Shown here: piece by piece, positions 8,146 to 16,837 of the stretch
How the letters are laid out: every line of letters starts with the position of its first letter
Position numbering within the stretch: position 1 is the stretch's first letter
From: a virus
Lineage: Duplodnaviria > Caudoviricetes
Length of the DNA stretch: 64,000 nt
Direction: 5' to 3' (one strand)
IMG/VR virus record: IMGVR_UViG_3300031963_000080
Location: 15,032 to 79,031 of that record
Position numbers and translations under genes: made by a program
The notes under the pieces: model-generated
Told to the model about the DNA's origin: nothing
What the model saw: the letters and a program-made list of their open reading frames with translations, nothing else
Database searches by the model: none

Positions 8146-8225
8146 TGCTCGAAACAGGAGTCGAACCTGCAAGCCGAAGCGGTTGATTTTGAGTCAACTG
8201 TGTATACCAATTCCACCATTCGAGC
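8146..8225 (-). tRNA. tRNA-Leu(CAA)
   Basis: Acceptor GCTCGAA/TTCGAGC, anticodon arm GTTGA-CTCAAAA-TCAAC, variable arm, T loop TTCGACT. Confidence 0.93.
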
Positions 8226-8265
8226 TGGCGTCTCAGGTTGGATTCGAACCAACGACCAACTGCTT
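8226..8265 (-). pseudogene. 3' half of an interrupted tRNA-Arg(TCT)
   Basis: AA-GCAGT-TGGTC-GTTGG-TTCGAAT-CCAAC-CTGAGAC-G-CCA; CTGAGAC pairs with GTCTCAG at 8864-8870. Confidence 0.88.
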
Positions 8266-8679
8266 ATCAGGAATACTAAGATAATCTTCAGCCAAGTTTA
8301 TACCAATTTTTTGATTATTCTTGGGAGGAACTAATCTTAGGACAAATGTGTTACTACAATCATTTGGATTTATGTAGTAACACATATCTGTGTCTGGACA
8401 GTAGACGCACATTACATCAATTTCATTTTTATCATAATTTTGAGTATGTGTTCCATTTTTATCTGTCCAGCAAGTCCTGAATGGAACTTCTATTTTACCA
8501 TCTTTTGATGCTCTATACTTGACTTGAACTCTTAAAAAGTTTCCATCTTTGTAGGCAACAAGATCAAAGGCAGAATGTTCTGTATGAGGAGTAAGAATTA
8601 AGTATCCTTTCTCATATAGATCAAGTTGTGCTTTTAGGACTCCAAGATCTCCTTTGTTTTTAGTATGATGTTCCCTCAT
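8233..8679 (-). CDS. PD-(D/E)XK homing endonuclease (I-Ssp6803I-like family)
   Basis: HTKNKGDLG, FDLV..RVQVK and EIDVMCVYCP motifs; C-terminus is read through the tRNA 3' half. Confidence 0.85.
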   Translation of the reverse strand: MREHHTKNKGDLGVLKAQLDLYEKGYLILTPHTEHSAFDLVAYKDGNFLRVQVKYRASKDGKIEVPFRTCWTDKNGTHTQNYDKNEIDVMCVYCPDTDMCYYINPNDCSNTFVLRLVPPKNNQKIGINLAEDYLSIPDKQLVVGSNPT

Positions 8680-8700
8680 ACAAGTAACGATATCTCTTAT

Positions 8701-8708
8701 TATTTATA
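8701..8708 (-). promoter_or_regulatory. T4-type late promoter for the endonuclease
   Basis: TATAAATA, within the CTCTTAT/ATAAGAG inverted repeat. Confidence 0.75.
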
Positions 8709-8747
8709 AGAGTAGCAACTTACCAGTATGTTACTCAGAACAACCAA

Positions 8748-8819
8748 CAGGCTCACCTGGAATCGAACCAGGGACATTCGCTTAGAAGGCGAAGGTTATA
8801 TCCGCTTAACTATGAGCCC
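8748..8819 (-). tRNA. tRNA-Arg(TCT), intact, inside the cassette
   Basis: Acceptor GGGCTCA/TGAGCCT, anticodon arm TTCGC-CTTCTAA-GCGAA, T arm CCTGG-TTCGATT-CCAGG. Confidence 0.94.
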
Positions 8820-8833
8820 AAGCGGTTGTTCTA

Positions 8834-8870
8834 AGAAATCAGATACTCTATCCAAGTGAGCTACTGAGAC
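8834..8870 (-). pseudogene. 5' half of an interrupted tRNA-Arg(TCT)
   Basis: GTCTCAG-TA-GCTC-ACTTGGATA-GAGT-A-TCTGA-TT-TCT, followed by unrelated sequence. Confidence 0.88.
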
Positions 8871-8908
8871 ATAAGACAATCATAAGACATTTATCTTAGA
8901 TTGTCAAG

Positions 8909-8982
8909 TGGAAACACTGGGGATTGAACCCAGAACCTCACGCTTATAAGGCGTGTGCTCTAACCAGTTGAGCTATGTTTCC
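8909..8982 (-). tRNA. tRNA-Ile(TAT)
   Basis: Acceptor GGAAACA/TGTTTCC, anticodon arm CACGC-CTTATAA-GCGTG, T arm CTGGG-TTCAATC-CCCAG. Confidence 0.93.
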
Positions 8983-9021
8983 GATAAGACAATTATAAGG
9001 CAGAACCTTGGAATTGTCAAG

Positions 9022-9105
9022 TGCGAGTAGGGAGACTCGAACTCCCACGGGATTAACTCCCAACGGATTTTAAGTCCGGTGCGGCTACCATTACGCCATA
9101 CTCGC
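9022..9105 (-). tRNA. tRNA-Leu(TAA)
   Basis: Acceptor GCGAGTA/TACTCGC, loop CTTAAAA, long variable arm, T arm GGGAG-TTCGAGT-CTCCC. Confidence 0.93.
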
Positions 9106-9186
9106 GGATAAGACAATTATAGATCATAAGATCGAAATTGTCAAGTGTTAGAATCGGATCTCTCTCGAACCAACACATACATCATA

Positions 9187-9588
9187 TCACTCTTTGGGGC
9201 AGCTGTCAACCCATGGGGCACACAACCTGATTTCTCCTCCAAGTGACCGACACTCATCAGTATAGCACACAGAGGTGTCTACTGGTTTCTCTGAGAGTCG
9301 TGGTGGTGGAATTTTAACATGCCCACCATCTCCTGTCAAGCGTTCATAATCACTGATTGCTTTATCCACGGTTCGCTCGACATCTCTTTCCAATATACCA
9401 GGATCTTTTTGAAGTTCTGGAATTAATGGAGAATCTGGTTGATATGTTTGGAGATATTCATAAACAATATCCCAAATATGTTTTTGTTCTATCTTTAAGC
9501 AAGAGGAGAGTGATGCTATTATTAAAGATAGGACTACAATAGTTTTAATATGTGCTTTCTTTTTTCCTACCTGAAAATTAAATTTCAT
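9187..9588 (-). CDS. hypothetical membrane-anchored or lipoprotein-like protein
   Basis: Basic then hydrophobic N-terminus ending LSSC; C-terminal Cys cluster. Confidence 0.65.
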   Translation of the reverse strand: MKFNFQVGKKKAHIKTIVVLSLIIASLSSCLKIEQKHIWDIVYEYLQTYQPDSPLIPELQKDPGILERDVERTVDKAISDYERLTGDGGHVKIPPPRLSEKPVDTSVCYTDECRSLGGEIRLCAPWVDSCPKE

Positions 9589-10345
9589 TTAAAAAAATTT
9601 TATTGTATACTTCACTATATGCATAATTATTACTAAATTTTCTAATCGGCATATTTAAATAATCGAATTTTTTATTGGTGATTTCTTCTGCAGCGATCAA
9701 AAATAAAGAAAAATAGTGCCAATGACAGGGAGGAATATACTGAGGAGATAAACACACAAAAATATAATCAAAATTATAATTATCGAAAATATATTGATCT
9801 CTAGTAAAATATTGAAATTTTGGTATGTGAGATTTTATAAAAGATTTTTTTGAATGAGAAAAATCAATACTTTTTTCATTCCCAATAAAACTATAAGAAT
9901 TAAGTTTATTCTGAATGTTCAATAATGATATCCAGTTACCTTCATGTACTATACTATTATATTTTATTTCATCGTAGCTACAAAACAAAGAATTCATCTC
10001 CGACTCATCTAAATCTTGGCTGTTTTCTGGTAAATCGGAAGGATATATTACATCATCATGATGATCTATATTAATCAATTCGATATCATCGTAGCGAATT
10101 AAATCATCTAGTATAGAATCATGATTATATGAAAACGAAATATTATGGCAAGTGCGAATTGCTCTTAAAAAAATGGAAAAGCAGTATTGTAAATTTTTTT
10201 CGTTAATTGGAAAATCATTTATATTTTTATTTTCGTGAAAATAATTTTTCCATCTTTTTGATGGATTATCGTCATACCCAATTTCATGGTATGTCTCAAT
10301 AGATGGTTCCATAATATAATCTAGATCTATACTAAGAGCTCTCAT
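9578..10345 (-). CDS. UPF0489/arginase-fold-like metalloprotein
   Basis: SIDLDY, NHD, INIDHHDD, EGNW and CLSPQY motifs. Confidence 0.6.
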   Translation of the reverse strand: MRALSIDLDYIMEPSIETYHEIGYDDNPSKRWKNYFHENKNINDFPINEKNLQYCFSIFLRAIRTCHNISFSYNHDSILDDLIRYDDIELINIDHHDDVIYPSDLPENSQDLDESEMNSLFCSYDEIKYNSIVHEGNWISLLNIQNKLNSYSFIGNEKSIDFSHSKKSFIKSHIPKFQYFTRDQYIFDNYNFDYIFVCLSPQYIPPCHWHYFSLFLIAAEEITNKKFDYLNMPIRKFSNNYAYSEVYNKIFLNEI

Positions 10346-10396
10346 AATACAAAAAAATAGAGGAAAGAGTTTTGCTTCCCTCTATTTATTGTCGAA

Positions 10397-11065
10397 TTAA
10401 ACTTCTACCATGATTAGTCGGTTAGCATACTCATGTGCATAAGATGTGCGAGCACCATGATGCCCCCAACCAATCCAACTATACGCATAGTCCATGTAAC
10501 GATTGATAGACTTACCAGGAGTTTTCATCCTGTCCTCAATTCGTTGCCATTGAACTTCAGTCGTTAGATAACGAAGTTGCGTGTGAAGTGATGATGGAGA
10601 ACCACCATGCCTCTTGGCAAAATCGCCCAATCCATAATAACGATCAGCAGATGTCCATTGAATCAATCCGTAACCACGACCGCAGTTACCCCAACTAGTT
10701 CTGCTACCACCTTCACAGATATTAGGCACGAAAGTGGATTCTTGTCTAATATTACCCATGATGGTAGCGAGGGCGTTTCTGTCTTTAACACCACGATCCT
10801 GGAAAAATGCCAGGGTAGCATTCTCATGTTCATTACACCCTTTACAAATTAGCCTTGTCTGTTTTGGCTTTGGTGATGCAACCTCTCGGATTGCTGTCTT
10901 CCTTTCATCTACAAGATCAAACTCTTTGATAATAACAAATGGTTTGGTTGTTGGGTCAACTGGGGGAGGAGGTCCCTGCATCTTGTAGTTGACGAATGGC
11001 AGTGATGCCGTACTGGTTGTAACCGCTGCCAAGATAGGCATGGCTACTGTAAAGAAATTTTGCAT
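10397..11065 (-). CDS. phage tail lysozyme-like cell-wall hydrolase
   Basis: IMGNIRQES and GYGLIQWT..R motifs; N-terminal signal-like segment; start set at ATG 11065. Confidence 0.82.
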   Translation of the reverse strand: MQNFFTVAMPILAAVTTSTASLPFVNYKMQGPPPPVDPTTKPFVIIKEFDLVDERKTAIREVASPKPKQTRLICKGCNEHENATLAFFQDRGVKDRNALATIMGNIRQESTFVPNICEGGSRTSWGNCGRGYGLIQWTSADRYYGLGDFAKRHGGSPSSLHTQLRYLTTEVQWQRIEDRMKTPGKSINRYMDYAYSWIGWGHHGARTSYAHEYANRLIMVEV

Positions 11066-11220
11066 TAAAATTAATAGAACTCTACATCCGTATAGAAAGG
11101 GGGTACACCCTTTTCTCAAAGGGCACTTTCCACGGCTCTAATTGTCACGATCAAAATCTCATAATAAAAAACCCTGCTCATAACAGGGATTTTACATTAT
11201 AAGTGAATATTTATGATTTG

Positions 11221-11403
11221 TCAATCAAGAGTCATGATTTCGATATCATCATCTAAATCAGAAGTAAGCCACTCAGAAAATTCTTCTTCTAGTGCAATGG
11301 CATTTTCAATTTGGTTTTTCTTCGTCAATTTAGAAAACCTATTAATACTCCAATCACGAATGTCTAGAATTAGATTTTCCATTGAGGTTTGGTCGTCAGT
11401 CAT
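11221..11403 (-). CDS. hypothetical protein
   Basis: ATG 11403 lies downstream of a TTGACA-N17-TACTAT promoter (11426-11454). Confidence 0.65.
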   Translation of the reverse strand: MTDDQTSMENLILDIRDWSINRFSKLTKKNQIENAIALEEEFSEWLTSDLDDDIEIMTLD

Positions 11404-11454
11404 AAATACTTGTTGATTCCAAATCATAGTAAACCATAGTGGTAGGTCTGTCAA

Positions 11455-11871
11455 GTGTGGAACATAAAAGGAAAAGTTATTGATGAGGTGCCAGATGGCA
11501 TGGAAGGATTTGTATATCTTATAACAAATCTGGAAAACGGGAAAAAATATATCGGAAAAAAGACTTTTTGGGAAAGAAGAAAGGACAGAAAAACCGGAAG
11601 AAGAAAAAAGAAAGAAGGCAATTGGAAAAATTACTTTGGATCTTGTGATGAATTGATTGCTGATGTGAAATTATTGGGGGAAGACAAATTTCTCCGCGAG
11701 ATATTATATCTCTGTCCACATAAAAAATCCATGAGTTTCTATGAAACCATGGAGCAATTTAAAAGAGATGTAATTTTAAGAGAAGATTATTACAATACGA
11801 ATGTAGAAGGTAAATTCTTTAGTTCAGAAAAAGACAAAATCTATGACATTGTAATTAAATCCGAAGACTAA
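11455..11871 (+). CDS. GIY-YIG endonuclease
   Basis: GFVYLITN..KKYIGKK, WKNYFGS and YYN motifs; late-type CATAAATA at 11401-11408 on +. Confidence 0.85.
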   Translation: MWNIKGKVIDEVPDGMEGFVYLITNLENGKKYIGKKTFWERRKDRKTGRRKKKEGNWKNYFGSCDELIADVKLLGEDKFLREILYLCPHKKSMSFYETMEQFKRDVILREDYYNTNVEGKFFSSEKDKIYDIVIKSED

Positions 11872-11896
11872 AAAAGGGAGCTTTTGGCTCCCTTTT
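11870..11896. terminator. bidirectional terminator between convergent genes
   Basis: AAAAAGGGAGC-TTTTG-GCTCCCTTTT. Confidence 0.85.
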
Positions 11897-11905
11897 AGTT
11901 TATGA

Positions 11906-13249
11906 TCAGCCTTCTAGATACATTTCAGTGAGTTCTAGAATTGACTCTTCTGAGAGATTTTCTAGAATTTCAAATGCATCCTCATAATTATCAGCATAAC
12001 CTTCATTGATGAAATCTTCCATGATATATTGTGCTAGGAGTTCGAATTCTTCTCTTTGTGTGCGTGCTAAACGAATTTGTTTTCCTCTCTCGGCTTTAAC
12101 TGTAGTAGGAGCAGTGGATGCTTTTCCACTCTTGTCTGGTCCCTTATTCCAAGGAGTCAAAGGAGTCGAAGGAGGAAGATTTCCACCTGTTCTTCTTCTT
12201 TCGCTACGATTTGCTGCAGCTGGATTGTAAACTGGTTTTTTGCCAGAAGCTTCTAGTGTTCTTAAACCTAGTCCCGCTGGCTTTGGTTTTGGAGTGGAAC
12301 CACCGGAAGTAGCTCTACGAGGTCCCTGTGCTGCTGGAGCCTTAGGACCTTGTGGCCTAGTTGTACTTTGTTGGTGTGGTCCATGTGGACGACCAGAAGA
12401 TGTAGCACTAAATGGTTCACCTACTGCGGATCTTGCAGCTGCTGATCTACCAGCTTTTCTTTCTTCATAATCGGATCTACTCATGCCTGTAGATTTGGAC
12501 TGTAGTCCTCTAGCTAATTTTTTGCCCGCTCTCGCCAATAAACTACCAATTGCTCTACGCTTGGCACCACCAGATTTCTCAACTGTAGTTTGAGTTGATG
12601 GTGCAGCATCACGACCACCACCAGAAGTAGTTGTAGTAGTTACTCTAGTTCTTTCTGCTTCTCTGCCGGCTCTTTCTGTGCTTCTACCTGCTTTATATGC
12701 AGATGCGACACCTTTACGAACTCCTTTACGAACAACCCCTCTAAGGGCAGCCATGGCCTCTCCTGCTTTGCCCTTAGCACGATCATAAGCACCAGCAGCA
12801 GCTTGTTTGCCAGCTCTCATGGCACCCATAGCAGCAGATCCAACACCAGTTGCCGCACCCTGCACTGCCTTACCTGCCGATCTGAGAGCACCAGTTACAG
12901 CAGCTTTTCTTGCTTCTTTTCTTGCTTGTGCCTTTTCTCCAGAAACTTGCTGTAGAGTTGCTTGTCTTTCTGCTTGTCTTTGTGCCATCCTTTGAGGAGA
13001 CATTCTAACGGCTTCAAATAGAGCCTCTTCTAGAATCACATCATCAGAAAATACACTCTCAATTAAATTATAAGACTCATCAAGAGTATTACCATAATCC
13101 ATAAACTCCCAAAGAAGAGATTCCATGACCTCTTCAATTTCCTCTTGCATGAGATAGTCTACGAATCTAAGATTCTCATAGAATGTCTCATCCGCTTTTC
13201 TTGGGTTGTATAGGTTACCGTAGGCTTCGGTTAAATAGTATTTCGACAT
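11906..13249 (-). CDS. putative internal virion protein (acidic ends, basic A/R/K/G-rich core)
   Basis: Sequence composition; late promoter TATAAATA at 13282-13289. Confidence 0.7.
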   Translation of the reverse strand: MSKYYLTEAYGNLYNPRKADETFYENLRFVDYLMQEEIEEVMESLLWEFMDYGNTLDESYNLIESVFSDDVILEEALFEAVRMSPQRMAQRQAERQATLQQVSGEKAQARKEARKAAVTGALRSAGKAVQGAATGVGSAAMGAMRAGKQAAAGAYDRAKGKAGEAMAALRGVVRKGVRKGVASAYKAGRSTERAGREAERTRVTTTTTSGGGRDAAPSTQTTVEKSGGAKRRAIGSLLARAGKKLARGLQSKSTGMSRSDYEERKAGRSAAARSAVGEPFSATSSGRPHGPHQQSTTRPQGPKAPAAQGPRRATSGGSTPKPKPAGLGLRTLEASGKKPVYNPAAANRSERRRTGGNLPPSTPLTPWNKGPDKSGKASTAPTTVKAERGKQIRLARTQREEFELLAQYIMEDFINEGYADNYEDAFEILENLSEESILELTEMYLEG

Positions 13250-13288
13250 TTGTATAAAAAAAATTCTTATTTGTCTTTATGTATTTAT

Positions 13289-13313
13289 AAAAAAAGGGAG
13301 CTTATGCTCCCTT
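13289..13313 (-). terminator. terminator after nrdB
   Basis: AAGGGAGC-ATAA-GCTCCCTT followed by a T run. Confidence 0.8.
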
Positions 13314-13317
13314 AAAA

Positions 13318-14511
13318 TTAAAGTTTAAATCCGCTAAAAGTATCAGTTTTCATATCTTGTTTGATGCCACCAATTAAGTATTGCTCTGCTTCCACTTCTT
13401 GTGGGGCCACTTGAAGACCTTTAGACTCAATCCAATGGGAAGTCCAAGGAAGTGGATTATTATTTGCAGCAATATTGTATTGTGGTTTTAATCCTATTGA
13501 TTTCAATCTACGATTCGCAATCCATTCAACATATTGCTGAAGAAGTTTATCATTAAGTCCGATCATGCTACCATCTTTGAACAGATAATCTGCCCATTTC
13601 TTTTCTTCATTTACAGCACGATCAAACATTTTATAGACCCATGCCTCTTCTTCTTTAGCAATTTGCTTCATTTCCGGATCATCGCCATCACGCCATTTGT
13701 TCAATATATTTTGAGTAATAACTAGATGTTGATTTTCGTCTCTGGCAATTAAAGAGATGATCTTTGCTGATCCTTCCATGAGCTTAAGTTCGCCGAATGC
13801 GAAACTACAAGCAAAACTAACGTAGAACCTAATACCTTCAAGAATGTTAACATTTGCGATTGCTCTATAGAGTTTTCTCTTAACATCGTTGAGTGTTTCC
13901 TTTGCGTATGTGACTCCCTCAAGATTATGCATCCAAGTATCAGATACACCATATTGTTGTGCGGATTGAATAAAGTCATCATAAGATTCTGTAACGCTCT
14001 TAGCACGCTCTAGAATGCGATCATCAGTAATAATAGTATCAAACACCTCAGATGGATCCGAATAAACATTTTTGATGATGTAAGTATATGAGCGACTATG
14101 AATCATTTCCATGAACCCCCACACTTCCATACATGCTTCCAGTTCAGGAAGTGAGCAATATGGAATAAATGCCATACCAGGGCCTCGACCTTGGATGGAA
14201 TCAAGCATAATTTGATATTTCAAATTAGAAGTAAAAATATGCTTTTGTTCTGGTCTTAGAGTTTGATAATCCCCACGATCTTTTTGTAGTGAAACTTCTT
14301 CTGGTCTCCAGAAATAACTCAACTGCTGTTGAGTCAGTTTATCGAAAATTGGATACTTATATGAATCATACCTTTGAACCCCCAGCGGCTTACCAAAAAA
14401 CATAGGTTGTTTCTTGGTATTAACTTGTTCGGTGTTAAAGACTGTCATTCCTTTAATTTTCGTTTGAGTATCTTCAGTAGAAGAAATTTTAAATTGCATG
14501 TTAGTCCCCAT
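13318..14511 (-). CDS. nrdB: ribonucleotide reductase class Ia beta subunit
   Basis: FWRPEE, EMIHSRSY, EGIRFYVSF and RDENQH motifs. Confidence 0.97.
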   Translation of the reverse strand: MGTNMQFKISSTEDTQTKIKGMTVFNTEQVNTKKQPMFFGKPLGVQRYDSYKYPIFDKLTQQQLSYFWRPEEVSLQKDRGDYQTLRPEQKHIFTSNLKYQIMLDSIQGRGPGMAFIPYCSLPELEACMEVWGFMEMIHSRSYTYIIKNVYSDPSEVFDTIITDDRILERAKSVTESYDDFIQSAQQYGVSDTWMHNLEGVTYAKETLNDVKRKLYRAIANVNILEGIRFYVSFACSFAFGELKLMEGSAKIISLIARDENQHLVITQNILNKWRDGDDPEMKQIAKEEEAWVYKMFDRAVNEEKKWADYLFKDGSMIGLNDKLLQQYVEWIANRRLKSIGLKPQYNIAANNNPLPWTSHWIESKGLQVAPQEVEAEQYLIGGIKQDMKTDTFSGFKL

Positions 14512-14533
14512 TCACATTGAATATTTAAGCAAA

Positions 14534-16837
14534 TCAAATAGTACAACTTTCACAATCACTTTCTTGCGATTCCAAGATGTCATCCAATAATGATTGTAAT
14601 TCTTGTTTTGGTTCTTCTGCTACCTCATCAGTTTTAATGTCATAAGTGTTTTGGTAGTATGCCGTCTTATGTCCGTACTTATATGTGGTAAGAAAATCAT
14701 TTGCCATCACTGAAACTGGCACCTCATTATCTGGATAGTTTTCTGGATTATAAGACCAATTCCCAGAGATTGCCTGATCGAAGAACTTTTGCATCACAGC
14801 AACAATATTAATATAACCACGATTGGACCCCATATCCCAAAGAAGCGTATAATTGTTCTTAAGAGTGTGATATTGAGGAACAATCTGTTTGAGTGGGCCT
14901 TTCTTGGATTTTTTAATGGACAAGTACCCTCTAGGAGGTTCAATTCCGTTGGTTGCATTTGACACAACGGAACTGCTCTCCGATGGCATTTGTGCGGACA
15001 ATGTTGAGTGCCGAAGTCCATACTCCAAGATAGATGCTCTAAGAGTTTCCCAATCATGTTCCAAACCAATAGAAGAAATTTCGTCTACATCTTTTTTGTA
15101 AGTATCAACTGGAAGAATTCCATCAGCATACTTGGTACGACCAAAGTATTCACAATATCCTTTTTCTTTGGCAAGTTGATTTGATGCCTTTAGAAGGTAA
15201 TATTGGAATGACTCAGAAAGACCATGGACCGCATCCCATGCTTCCTGAGAATCATAATTGAATCCAAGTTTTGCCAAATAATGAGCGAGACCAATATACC
15301 CAATTCCCAATGATCTACGACGCTTTGTGAAGTTTTCTGCCGCTTTTACTGGATATTCCTGATAATCTATCAATTCATCCAAAGAACGAACGGTAAGATC
15401 ACAGAGTTCTTCTAGTTCTTCATCAGATTTCACTTTACCAACATTGATAGCAGATAGAATGCAGGTAGCAATTTCAGCATAATTATCATCGTCGATGTGC
15501 TGAATAGGTGTTGTCGGCTCAGTGATTTCTTGGCACAAATTACTCATGGTAATTTGATCTTTATAAGAACTATGAGAATTACAATGATCTATATTCATTA
15601 TGTAAATTCGACCAGTTTCTGCTCGTTCTTTTAAGACATTCAATATTAATTCTTGTGCCTTAACTTTTTTCTTTGGGATCGAAGGATTGTTTTCATAAGA
15701 TACATAGAGATCATCGAATGTGGGTAGTCCAAAGTTATCATAAAGTCCAGGCACATCGTTTGGAGAGAAGAGCGTGATTTCTTCATTTTTGATGAACCTT
15801 TCATAAAATATCTTACTAAATTGAATGGAATAATCTAGTTTACGAACACGATTATCTTCTGTTCCTTTATTGTTTTTAAGAACAATAATATCTTCTATTT
15901 CTTGGTGCCAGATTGGGAAGTGGACTGTCGCGGATCCACCTCGTATGCCATTTTGCGTGCAACATCTGACAGTTGCTTCAAACTTCTTGAGAAATGGTAC
16001 AACACCAGTATGTTGAACTTCTCCCCCTCTGATTTTGCCGTTGATGCCACGGATCCGACCAGCGTTGATGCCGATTCCCGCCCTCTGTGCAACATATCTA
16101 CCAATAGCCATATCACTGCTAAAGATAGAATCGAGGGTGTCATCAACATCAACAAGAACACAACTAGCAAATTGTCTAAGTGGCGTTCTAACTCCTGCCA
16201 TGATGGGAGTTGGGATGTTGATTTTGTGCTTTGAGATTGCGTCATAATACCTCTTTATATAAGAAAGACGAGTTTCTTTTGGGTACCTAGAAAACATCGT
16301 AAGAGCAATCATAATGTACATAAATTGTGGGGTTTCGTACAATTTGCCAGTACTACGATCTTGTACCAAATACTTATCTACGACTTGCCGTAATCCAGCA
16401 TATGTAAACAAAAAGTCTCTGTCATGATCAATGTAAGAATTTACTTTATCAATATCTTCTTTTGAGTAATAGTCATAAATCTGATGATCATATATCTTCA
16501 AAGAAACGCAATTATTAATATGATCTTCCAAATGAGGAATATCTATTGTCCCACCAAAGATTTTTTTACGAATAGAAAATAAAAGAAGTCGTGCCGCAAC
16601 ATACTGATAATTGGGAGCTTCTAGAGAAATCAAATCGGAAGCAGATCTGATGAGTATTTCTTGGATTTCATCCGTGGTAATTCCATCATAAAATTGAATA
16701 CCAGATGTCATTTCTACTTGAGATGCAGAAACGCCGGAGAGCCCCCTACAAGCCTCACCAACCATCAGGTGCATCTTATCCAGAGCCAAACCCTCGATCC
16801 TTCCATTTCTTTTTTGGACTTTAATTCCGTTGGTCAT
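14534..16837 (-). CDS. nrdA: ribonucleotide reductase class Ia alpha subunit
   Basis: ATP cone, PTPIMAG, ASCVL, SNLCQE and C-terminal CESC; ATGA overlap with the primase stop. Confidence 0.97.
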   Translation of the reverse strand: MTNGIKVQKRNGRIEGLALDKMHLMVGEACRGLSGVSASQVEMTSGIQFYDGITTDEIQEILIRSASDLISLEAPNYQYVAARLLLFSIRKKIFGGTIDIPHLEDHINNCVSLKIYDHQIYDYYSKEDIDKVNSYIDHDRDFLFTYAGLRQVVDKYLVQDRSTGKLYETPQFMYIMIALTMFSRYPKETRLSYIKRYYDAISKHKINIPTPIMAGVRTPLRQFASCVLVDVDDTLDSIFSSDMAIGRYVAQRAGIGINAGRIRGINGKIRGGEVQHTGVVPFLKKFEATVRCCTQNGIRGGSATVHFPIWHQEIEDIIVLKNNKGTEDNRVRKLDYSIQFSKIFYERFIKNEEITLFSPNDVPGLYDNFGLPTFDDLYVSYENNPSIPKKKVKAQELILNVLKERAETGRIYIMNIDHCNSHSSYKDQITMSNLCQEITEPTTPIQHIDDDNYAEIATCILSAINVGKVKSDEELEELCDLTVRSLDELIDYQEYPVKAAENFTKRRRSLGIGYIGLAHYLAKLGFNYDSQEAWDAVHGLSESFQYYLLKASNQLAKEKGYCEYFGRTKYADGILPVDTYKKDVDEISSIGLEHDWETLRASILEYGLRHSTLSAQMPSESSSVVSNATNGIEPPRGYLSIKKSKKGPLKQIVPQYHTLKNNYTLLWDMGSNRGYINIVAVMQKFFDQAISGNWSYNPENYPDNEVPVSVMANDFLTTYKYGHKTAYYQNTYDIKTDEVAEEPKQELQSLLDDILESQESDCESCTI

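Larger units (their letters stand above)
8266..8833 (-). mobile_element. endonuclease plus replacement-tRNA cassette inserted at the tRNA-Arg anticodon
   Basis: 568 bp between two complementary tRNA halves. Confidence 0.8.
8871..9147 (-). repeat. three ~40-bp promoter-containing repeats, one before each tRNA (8871-8910, 8984-9023, 9108-9147)
   Basis: CACTTGACAAT-N15-TAT(A/G)ATTGTCTTAT, i.e. TTGACA-N17-TATRAT. Confidence 0.85.

Noticed and set aside
8070-8252. 60-aa ORF in the track
   Set aside because: It reads through tRNA-Leu(CAA) and the tRNA-Arg 3' half, so it is a shadow ORF
8266-8833. Group I intron in tRNA-Arg
   Set aside because: The insert is almost entirely occupied by a tRNA and an ORF, leaving no room for a catalytic core, and no P7-type motifs were recognised
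8871-9147. CRISPR-like repeat-spacer array
   Set aside because: The 'spacers' are tRNA genes and the repeats are sigma70 promoters; there are no cas genes
9145-9176. Hairpin containing GGTTCGAG (T-loop-like) upstream of the tRNA cluster
   Set aside because: Too short to call a tRNA remnant or ncRNA
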